This document shows, in pieces, positions 26,842-34,293 of a DNA stretch of 64,000 bases; positions within the stretch are counted from its first letter, which is position 1, and the number at the start of each line of letters is the position of its first letter. The DNA is from an uncultured Alphaproteobacteria bacterium. GTDB taxonomy: Bacteria; Pseudomonadota; Alphaproteobacteria; Rs-D84. The stretch lies in assembly GCA_944389185.1 (NCBI GenBank), contig CALXLL010000004.1:4830-68829 (forward strand), read 5' to 3'. The notes beneath the pieces are model-generated. The model searched no databases, had not been told where the DNA came from, and saw only the letters and a list, made by a program, of their open reading frames with translations. A program made the translations under genes and the position numbers.

Positions 26842-29619
26842 TTATTTTCCCCAATAATCTGCAATTACATATTCGGATACTAAGGGCACAGAAAGCTTGG
26901 TCACATTTTCCATTTCGTATTTTATCTTATTTGCAAAAGTTTCTGCTTGCTCGGTTTCACACTCGAATATGATTTCATCGTGAACTTGCATTATCATTTT
27001 TATCTTATCTTGATTAGGTTGAATAAGGTTTTTATCTATGTTCACCATTGCAAGGCGCATAATATCTGCTTCAAAGCCTTGAATGGGGGCGTTTACAGCT
27101 GCGCGCATTGCATAAGAGCGCATTCTTGGATTCTTTGCTTCTGGTAATTCTATTCTTCGTCCCCAAGGCGTATAAACGCAAGCGTTATCCAAAGCATATT
27201 TTTTTACTTCTTCTATATACTTATGAACTTCCGGTAATCCAGACATATAAGAGTTTATTATTTCTTGTGCGGCTGACCGTGATATACCAAGCTGACCCGA
27301 TAAACCAAAAGAAGATATACCATATATGATTGAAAAGTTTACCGTTTTTGCTGCACGTCTTAAATCTTTTGGAACAGGTTTATCCGCGGGTATATTAAAT
27401 ATTTTTCTGGCAGTTTGTTCGTGTATGTCTGCGCCGGACAAGAAAGTTTCTTTAAAAGTATGAACGTCCGCAACGTCTGCAAGTAATCTTAATTGTATTT
27501 GTGAATAATCTACGGATATAAGTTTTCTTCCTGTTGGTGCGATAAAGCATTTTCTGATTTCTTCGCCAAGCTCGGTTTTTACCGGTATGTTTTGCAAGTT
27601 AGGGTCACGACTGGAAAGTCTTCCGGTATTCGTGCTGGTTTGTAAATACGTAGTGTGTATTCTGCCATCTTTTTCAATTTGGCGCGGCAATGCGTCTGCG
27701 TAGGTTCCCGCAAGCTTTGCGATAGAGCGCCAATTTAGTATTTTACCTATTATCGGATGAAGGTCTGATAAATCATTTAATGTTTCGGCATCAGTAGATC
27801 GCTTTTTATTTGCCGGCAGATTAAGCTCGTCAAACAAGACTGCACCAAGTTGTTTTGGGCTTGCTATATTAAACTCGTGCCCGACTGTATCCCAGATTTC
27901 TTTTTCAAGTTTAGATAATTGGTCGTGGAATATGCTGGACAGCTGTTGTAAGCCAGATTTGTTTACAAGCACGCCTTCTTTTTCCATTTTAAGCAATATT
28001 TTAAGTAAGGGCAGGTCACAAGTTTCATATAAATGCTTTAACTTTTCATTTTTATCCAGTTCTGGGCGCATAAGTTTATACAATGCAAAGCAAATTGTTG
28101 CGTCTTCTGCCGCATAAGGTGTCGCAGTTTCAACGGATAATTCATCAAAGTGCATATCTGAATCTTTCGTTTTTGCGGGGAAAAGTGAAGCGAAAGATAT
28201 GTTTTCATGGTTTAAGTATTTTAATGCAAGCTCGTCCAAACCATGCCCATGCAAAGAACCGTGTAAAGCATAAGATAAAAGCATAGTGTCATCTATCGGA
28301 GCAATCTTATAAACGTCCCAATTTTCGTTGGATAAAATATGCAAGTCATATTTTAAGTTGTGCCCAACTTTTACTATCTTTTCGTTGGTTAAAACCGGCC
28401 AAAGTTTTTTATAAACGCTTTCAATACTTAATTGATTTGGTGCCAATGTATCTGTTGCAAATAAATCATTAACAGGTGCTCTATGACGAATCGGTATATA
28501 AACGCCGAAAGTTTCATCTGTTGCCAAAGAAATGCCGACAAGTTTATCGTTTATCTGGTTAAGCCCCGTTGTTTCCGTGTCTATTGCAATAACGTCTTTT
28601 ACTTTTGCGATGAAATCGTCTAGCTCTTTTTCCGTAGTTATTGTTGCCGAGCTTATTTTTTTTATATTTATATCTTGTTTATTTTCAACGTTTGTATCAC
28701 CGGTATCGCATACGGATTTAGAGTATACGAAAGGTTCTGGTTGCGCCATTGGGTCATATTCTTCTATTGGGAAAAGTTTTTCTATTTTTGCGGATAAAGA
28801 CGAGCTTTCTAATTTTTCCCGAACGTATTTCAAAGCGCTTGGAGTGTTAAATACGAAAGGTTCTATTATCAAGTCAGATAAGTCAACGTCTGTCTTTAAT
28901 GTGACCAGCTGTTTAGATATATAAGCTTTTTCTTTGTTTTCGCTAAGCAGATTTCTGATTCTTTCGTTTTTGACTTTATCTAAGTTCTGATACAGGTTAT
29001 CAAGATTTTTGAATTCGTTTATAAGCTCGGCCGCTTTTTTAGGGCCTATACCGGGGACACCTGGAACGTTATCGGACGAATCGCCCATTAAACTTTGAAC
29101 GTCAATTACTTGATTTGGTGCGACGCCGAATTTTTCAAATACTTGATCTTCCTTTATTTCTTTCTGCTTCATACCGTCGTATAAGAACACGCAATCAGAT
29201 ACAAGCTGCATCAAGTCTTTATCGCTGGTAATGATTCTTGTGCCACCCGGATTTTGACAGTTTGCTTTGGCCAAAGTAGCGATTACGTCATCTGCTTCTA
29301 CGTCTGGGATGCATAAGACAGGAACGCCGATTGCGGCCATTGCTTCACGCACCATAATTGATTGAGTTATTAAATCTTGCGGTGTTTCTGAACGATTAGC
29401 TTTATATTCAGGATATATTTTCTGTCGAAATGTTTGACGTGAAGCGTCAAATACGCAAACGAACGAATCGTTTTTTTCTGCTTTTGCAAGTATGGGTAAA
29501 ATCATATTAAAGAAACCGAACACAGCGCCCGTCGGAGTCCCGTCACTGCGGGTTAGATGAGTGTGCAATCCATAATAAGCTCGGAATAAAAGTGAATTTC
29601 CGTCAATTAAAGTCAGCAT
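26842..29619 (-). CDS. polA: DNA polymerase I
   Basis: 925 aa; 5'-3' exonuclease N-domain (LIDG..L.FRA.Y), a 3'-5' exonuclease region, and polymerase motifs (DYSQI.LR.LA; RR.AK..NF..IYG; QVHDE). Confidence 0.95.
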   Translation of the reverse strand: MLTLIDGNSLLFRAYYGLHTHLTRSDGTPTGAVFGFFNMILPILAKAEKNDSFVCVFDASRQTFRQKIYPEYKANRSETPQDLITQSIMVREAMAAIGVPVLCIPDVEADDVIATLAKANCQNPGGTRIITSDKDLMQLVSDCVFLYDGMKQKEIKEDQVFEKFGVAPNQVIDVQSLMGDSSDNVPGVPGIGPKKAAELINEFKNLDNLYQNLDKVKNERIRNLLSENKEKAYISKQLVTLKTDVDLSDLIIEPFVFNTPSALKYVREKLESSSLSAKIEKLFPIEEYDPMAQPEPFVYSKSVCDTGDTNVENKQDINIKKISSATITTEKELDDFIAKVKDVIAIDTETTGLNQINDKLVGISLATDETFGVYIPIRHRAPVNDLFATDTLAPNQLSIESVYKKLWPVLTNEKIVKVGHNLKYDLHILSNENWDVYKIAPIDDTMLLSYALHGSLHGHGLDELALKYLNHENISFASLFPAKTKDSDMHFDELSVETATPYAAEDATICFALYKLMRPELDKNEKLKHLYETCDLPLLKILLKMEKEGVLVNKSGLQQLSSIFHDQLSKLEKEIWDTVGHEFNIASPKQLGAVLFDELNLPANKKRSTDAETLNDLSDLHPIIGKILNWRSIAKLAGTYADALPRQIEKDGRIHTTYLQTSTNTGRLSSRDPNLQNIPVKTELGEEIRKCFIAPTGRKLISVDYSQIQLRLLADVADVHTFKETFLSGADIHEQTARKIFNIPADKPVPKDLRRAAKTVNFSIIYGISSFGLSGQLGISRSAAQEIINSYMSGLPEVHKYIEEVKKYALDNACVYTPWGRRIELPEAKNPRMRSYAMRAAVNAPIQGFEADIMRLAMVNIDKNLIQPNQDKIKMIMQVHDEIIFECETEQAETFANKIKYEMENVTKLSVPLVSEYVIADYWGK

Positions 29620-29670
29620 ATAATTTTACCTTTTTATTTGTTGCTGTGGGGCGCAAAGCGCCCCAAGATT

Positions 29671-30219
29671 TTAAAATACGTAACGAAGCTTTAAGCGTAA
29701 GTCATAGTGCAATATATCGGGTTCGTTACCTGCCACAGCCGTATAAGCGTCTGGGAAGTATAACACGCGTGCTTCGGCATCAATATTGAAAGGTATAACG
29801 GGCAGGTCAAAAGTTAACCCCAGCATACCTTGATAAATCATATCGTCTTTTGTTTTTATAGATGATAGTTCTTTTAGTTCACCGTCAAAAGCAATACCAG
29901 CACCGACGCCGATATAAGGGTGAATTACTGCGGAAGGTATTTTGAAATAAGCGTTTACCATACCTGTATTCATAAATAATACGTTATTATTCAGATAATC
30001 ATATTCAGCTTCTATGCGGAACAAAGGAATATCCATACCGATAACCGCACCATAAGACTGAGCGTTTTCTGTTACGGTTTGGTCTTGTAAGAATATTGCT
30101 GCGCCACCTGCACCGACCGTTACCCCAATATAAGGGTCTATTAACAGACCGGCGTTTGCACCAGCAGTTAAAAATAAAGTTGAACAAGCCGTTAAAAAAC
30201 CTGCTGTTTTTAATTTCAT
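29671..30219 (-). CDS. Small outer-membrane beta-barrel protein (OmpW/opacity-porin-like)
   Basis: 182 aa; signal peptide; alternating hydrophobic beta-strand pattern; C-terminal ...LRLKLRYVF with a terminal Phe. Confidence 0.65.
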   Translation of the reverse strand: MKLKTAGFLTACSTLFLTAGANAGLLIDPYIGVTVGAGGAAIFLQDQTVTENAQSYGAVIGMDIPLFRIEAEYDYLNNNVLFMNTGMVNAYFKIPSAVIHPYIGVGAGIAFDGELKELSSIKTKDDMIYQGMLGLTFDLPVIPFNIDAEARVLYFPDAYTAVAGNEPDILHYDLRLKLRYVF

Positions 30220-30266
30220 ATTTTGCTCCTTTCTATGATATTATAATAGAAAAAAGAGGCGTATAT

Positions 30267-30791
30267 ATGCAAGAAAATAAACCTATGTTAATAGTAGGTC
30301 TTGGAAATCCTGGGCCAGAGTATGCATTAAACAGGCACAACGTTGGATTTATGGCAATAGATTATTTTGCTGGGGCGGGCGCAAGTTGGAAGAATGAAAA
30401 GAACGCGCTTACGTTCGGGACCGATTTGGACGGTCACAAGGTAATATTTGTAAAACCGCAAACATTTATGAATAACAGCGGTATAGCCGTTCAGGCTTTG
30501 ATGCATTTTTATAAGATACCGCTGGAAAACTTGATTGTGATACACGACGACATGGATATAAAACCGGGCAGTTTTCGTAAGAAGACGGGTGGCAGCAGTG
30601 CGGGGCATAACGGTATAAAGTCCATAGATGCAAGCGTCGGGGCAGATTATCAAAGAATAAGAATCGGTATCGGTCATCCGAAAGATTTTAATTTACAGAT
30701 GTCACCTTCGGATTGGGTAGTCAGCAATTTTTCTAAGGCAGAGCTGGAAACGATATCCAAAGTAATACCAGAAATAAATCTATTTGACTAG
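30267..30791 (+). CDS. pth: Peptidyl-tRNA hydrolase
   Basis: MLIVGLGNPGPEY...RHN.GF motif and HNG.KSI. ATG 30267 was chosen. The 5' extension of the track ORF (30096..) overlaps the opposite-strand OMP gene and is spurious. Confidence 0.9.
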   Translation: MQENKPMLIVGLGNPGPEYALNRHNVGFMAIDYFAGAGASWKNEKNALTFGTDLDGHKVIFVKPQTFMNNSGIAVQALMHFYKIPLENLIVIHDDMDIKPGSFRKKTGGSSAGHNGIKSIDASVGADYQRIRIGIGHPKDFNLQMSPSDWVVSNFSKAELETISKVIPEINLFD

Positions 30792-33088
30792 TAAGGTATA
30801 TTTATACCGCTTGGTAAATAAAAGCATCCGTTATTATCACAGAACTGTGTTCCAGAACTTCCGCCGGTAATTGTGCAAGCGTTTATATTTTGTGCACTTG
30901 TAGTTGTGGTTGTAGAACCTGCTGGGCAAAGCTGGCAAACGGTTTTACCGGCGGTTTCTGAACCATAATAACCCAGTGGGGCAGGGGAGCATTCTATTGA
31001 ATCTGATGTTTCAAGGCAACAGCCTGCCTGACAGGATATGTTACCATATGTGCAGTTACCCCACATAGTATTTTCACCTGTGCCAGAGAGATATTGACAG
31101 CTTGAATTTCTGGTTCCACAATCACCGGCCGCTTCGCCACTTGTATTACATTCACATTTGGCGTAGTTATACACTTGGTCTTTGTCATTCCATTTTGCTA
31201 ATCCAGTTATTCCAAAACCGAATTCGGTACTTTTTGGACAATTACCTAGGTGTTCAGAACATGCAATTTGGTTAGGGTCGCAGGCAGGATATAAGGTTGT
31301 TTCACATTGTGTGCTAGTGCCATCTGGGTTGCCGTGATAATTGCTAGCGCAACTGGTTATATAACACTGTCCGTATTTGCTTTCGTCGTTTAACCAGAAC
31401 TTAATACCAGAAGAAGCATTGGTATCGTCTGGTTTGCAAGATTGTTTATTTGGTATGCAGGCATTATTGGCTTCTGTTGGGTCGTTTTCATTAAAATGAT
31501 AACCAAAGCATATGTCATCTGGATTATTACAAGTTACGAAATTTTTATCTTTAAAATTGTTATATTGGCAGTCGTTTTCATAATATACGTTTTTTATATC
31601 TGGTTTTAACGAACCACCTGTAATCGTTTTGGCTTCGCATACTTGATAACAATCTGTATCGTTTATAGAACCTTCTGCAGAATGAACCCATGGGGCAGGA
31701 CATTCTTGCTGGCCTATGCCTTCCCCAGGACAATAAGAACCACTAGGGCATAGTTTACATTTATTTACAGCATCAAAATCACATCCAGGGATGCTGAGAC
31801 ATACTTCTTGGTCTGTAATACTATTGCATTCACCCGTGCAGTCGTCCGGGGAATCTGAACCTGCTGGGGAGCCTGTTCCGGTTGGACATTCTACGGGTTT
31901 ATCTGGTCCACCTGCACACCAATAACCTTCTTCACATTGTTCACAAGTGGCGGTGCCATTTGTTTCTGTTACATATGCGCCTCTAGTTGCCCGAAAATCA
32001 ATTGATACTGTTATTTCACCCCAAGCAGTTGCACTGGATGCCGTTTGTTTTAACTGTCCAGAGTCGCAATATTTGCTTACTGTTGTGGCATCTTTTGTTT
32101 GATAACAATTACTATAACTAGTCCAACCAGTTCCAGTTCCACGTGTCCAACCGTCAGTTTGTGCAGGACAACTGCTGCAACTGGTTGCTGTTCCGCCATT
32201 AGAATACACTGCACCACTGCATTGTGTGCATGTGTTTAATTTTCTATCTATAAAAGCCCCAGGTTTTGCTTTTACTTTATCCATTTGTGTGGGCCCCCAA
32301 GTTCCTTCTGCGGTGGCGTTTTGATATATGTATCCGCTTTCACAAAAATTACTGATTGATGTCGCAACTTTTGTTTGGGTGCATTGTGTAATATTTGACC
32401 AACCTTCACCAGTTGAAAGCGTCCAATTCGTTGTGTTTGTTGGACAATTTTTTCTTAGCCCATTTTCACAATATACACTGCCACTGCATATTGTTTGTGA
32501 TATACATGCAATGTTTGTTGATTGACAATCAGAAGCATAATATCCTGTATTTGGTGTCAAGCAAGATTCACTGGCTTTTTGTTGGGATGTTTTATACTGA
32601 CCAGATTGGCAAGCCTGCCATACTGCATATAATATAATACCTTGTGACGGGTCATAATCTGATGGAACAGTATAATTAAAGCTGCCGGTTGTTGCAGAAG
32701 TATTTGTTGACCAACCTATTAAAACATATCCTGCACGATAAAAATTGGTTGTATTTCCATCTGGTAAACTGATGTTATTGTCAGATGATACGTCTGTTAT
32801 TGATTCTGGTGCAGTTCCATTACCGCCATTCAGGTTAAATGATATTCCTGGTATCGGTATGGGACATTCTGTATCACCTGCACAGGTATATCCATCCGGA
32901 CATGGCAGACAAGCATTTCCAGCAGCAGACACTGGGTTACATTCTTTGTTTGTGTTGGATGTCGCCATATAATAATTTTTTGAACAAGAAGAGTATTTTT
33001 TGTCGCATGTATATCCTGCACCTGCCACATTATATATTGGGACAATAAATATAACAAAAATAATAAAATATTTAATGTATTTTAACAT
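30788..33088 (-). CDS. Secreted cysteine-rich surface protein (766 aa) with a Listeria-Bacteroides repeat and C-x2-C-P-x-G-type (ephrin-receptor-like / GCC2_GCC3-like) repeats
   Basis: Signal peptide MLKYIKYFIIFVIFIVPIYNVAGA. ISFNLNGGNGTAP...AGYVLIGWSTN...IILYAVWQ (32615..32845) fits the Flg_new/List_Bact repeat. Also CLPCPDGYTCAGDTEC, CEQCEEGYWCAGG...EC, CKLCPSGSYCPGEG...EC, CQLCPAGSTTTT...AC. Confidence 0.85.
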   Translation of the reverse strand: MLKYIKYFIIFVIFIVPIYNVAGAGYTCDKKYSSCSKNYYMATSNTNKECNPVSAAGNACLPCPDGYTCAGDTECPIPIPGISFNLNGGNGTAPESITDVSSDNNISLPDGNTTNFYRAGYVLIGWSTNTSATTGSFNYTVPSDYDPSQGIILYAVWQACQSGQYKTSQQKASESCLTPNTGYYASDCQSTNIACISQTICSGSVYCENGLRKNCPTNTTNWTLSTGEGWSNITQCTQTKVATSISNFCESGYIYQNATAEGTWGPTQMDKVKAKPGAFIDRKLNTCTQCSGAVYSNGGTATSCSSCPAQTDGWTRGTGTGWTSYSNCYQTKDATTVSKYCDSGQLKQTASSATAWGEITVSIDFRATRGAYVTETNGTATCEQCEEGYWCAGGPDKPVECPTGTGSPAGSDSPDDCTGECNSITDQEVCLSIPGCDFDAVNKCKLCPSGSYCPGEGIGQQECPAPWVHSAEGSINDTDCYQVCEAKTITGGSLKPDIKNVYYENDCQYNNFKDKNFVTCNNPDDICFGYHFNENDPTEANNACIPNKQSCKPDDTNASSGIKFWLNDESKYGQCYITSCASNYHGNPDGTSTQCETTLYPACDPNQIACSEHLGNCPKSTEFGFGITGLAKWNDKDQVYNYAKCECNTSGEAAGDCGTRNSSCQYLSGTGENTMWGNCTYGNISCQAGCCLETSDSIECSPAPLGYYGSETAGKTVCQLCPAGSTTTTTSAQNINACTITGGSSGTQFCDNNGCFYLPSGINIPY

Positions 33089-33167
33089 TCTTCTCGCTAC
33101 GTTTATCCTTAGTTTTATACTAGAAAAATAGAACTATTCTTGCAAGGGAAAAATAAGAACATAATAA

Positions 33168-33195
33168 AAAAATCCGGCTGTGCCGGATTCTTTAC
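33168..33195 (-). terminator. Rho-independent terminator after the lipoprotein gene
   Basis: On the minus strand: gaatccggc-acag-ccggattttttt. Confidence 0.55.
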
Positions 33196-34016
33196 CTTTG
33201 TTTGACATTTTGTATGTCTTGCAGTTGTTTATTAACTGTCCAACCGTTTTCAACAAACCACGTGCTGTCTGCTGGTTTGATTAAGCCCGGTTGAAATTGA
33301 AAGTTTCCATAACCTTTGGCTTTACCGTTACCAGCCTTGATGCTGGTTTCAAGAAAGTTTCTTTCTTCTGTAATTCTTTCTGCATCCGTCCAAGATAAAT
33401 ATTCACGTGAATATATAAGATTCAAAAATATATTTTGAATGTCAGGATTTTGTGCATGATATTTTATGGAATCTGGTTGTATTTGACTGTGACGTGAACG
33501 GCCACAATTTAATATAACGTCTTTCCCTGGTATTTTTACTTGTGGTTGATTTACTGTCCAACCTTGTTCAACCATCCACAGACTGTCTTCTGGTGGAATG
33601 CCACCTGGCTGAAAATTAAAACCGCCATATCCAACTGTTTTGGGTTTACCTGCATCAACCATTTCTTGCAGTATTGGTCTTACTTTTGTTAAATCGTCCG
33701 TTGTATATACTAAATAATAGTCTGGTGTCATTGAGTTTAAATATATGGTTTTTACTGTTGAATCGGCGGCTATCTTTGATATGTTTTCTGTTTCTACTTC
33801 ATTCATATTACTAAAGTTAAAACTTAAAATCTCTATCTTGGTCGGAACATAAGGTTCAGTGTCTGGATTGTCTGGAACTTCTGGAACTTCTGGATCTGGT
33901 TTGTCTGGAACTTCCGGAATAGGTTTTTCACATGATGTTAATATTGTCGCCCCAGCCATACATATCATCGGTATCATTCTGCGCAACTTATAGGGTAATA
34001 TTTGTTTCAGTTTCAT
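33192..34016 (-). CDS. Lipoprotein with a Pro-rich linker and two tandem copies of an unknown ~100-aa domain
   Basis: ATG 34016 follows AAGGAAA. Lipobox ATILTS|C; linker PEVPDKPDPEVPEVPDNPD. The duplicated motifs are GYGGFNFQPGGIPPEDSLWMVEQGWTVN and GYGNFQFQPGLIKPADSTWFVENGWTVN. Confidence 0.8.
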   Translation of the reverse strand: MKLKQILPYKLRRMIPMICMAGATILTSCEKPIPEVPDKPDPEVPEVPDNPDTEPYVPTKIEILSFNFSNMNEVETENISKIAADSTVKTIYLNSMTPDYYLVYTTDDLTKVRPILQEMVDAGKPKTVGYGGFNFQPGGIPPEDSLWMVEQGWTVNQPQVKIPGKDVILNCGRSRHSQIQPDSIKYHAQNPDIQNIFLNLIYSREYLSWTDAERITEERNFLETSIKAGNGKAKGYGNFQFQPGLIKPADSTWFVENGWTVNKQLQDIQNVKQR

Positions 34017-34036
34017 TTCGTTTCCTTTTGGTTCGT

Positions 34037-34216
34037 TTAATAGCAAAAAAGCCCCGCAAAATTGCAGGACTTTTTAAAAGCTTTTTTACAGAAGTTAACA
34101 ATATCAGCAGAACTTATTTCCAAATCGCCAGATAAATATTCGCGATTTTCCCCCCCTGGTGTCTTTTTACATCCACCGGGTCGCCAAAGACTGTATATGA
34201 ATGTTTTAGTCTTCAT
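34037..34216 (-). CDS. Possible small ORF (59 aa, 4 Cys) between two surface-protein genes
   Basis: Hand translation: MKTKTFIYSLWRPGGCKKTPGGENREYLSGDLEISSADIVNFCKKAFKKSCNFAGLFCY*. It is below the track cutoff, has no clear Shine-Dalgarno and no recognisable motif. Its 3' end contains a terminator-like hairpin. Confidence 0.2.
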   Translation of the reverse strand: MKTKTFIYSLWRPGGCKKTPGGENREYLSGDLEISSADIVNFCKKAFKKSCNFAGLFCY

Positions 34217-34293
34217 TTCTGCTTCTTTTTACTAAGTTTTCTTTTGAATTATATATCAGTATAATTTTTTGTCAAGACCTTTTTGTCAATGGT

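Noticed and set aside
30096-30266. 5' extension of the pth ORF (231-aa version)
   Set aside because: The extension overlaps the opposite-strand OMP gene and lacks homology. The conserved Pth N-terminus (MLIVGLGNPG) begins just after ATG 30267.
34150-34156. C7 homopolymer between two surface-protein genes as a possible slipped-strand phase-variation switch
   Set aside because: A run of the same length (G7, 53306..53312) sits inside the essential-looking PFOR gene, so length 7 is not distinctive here. The tract is neither in a promoter spacer nor in a confirmed CDS.
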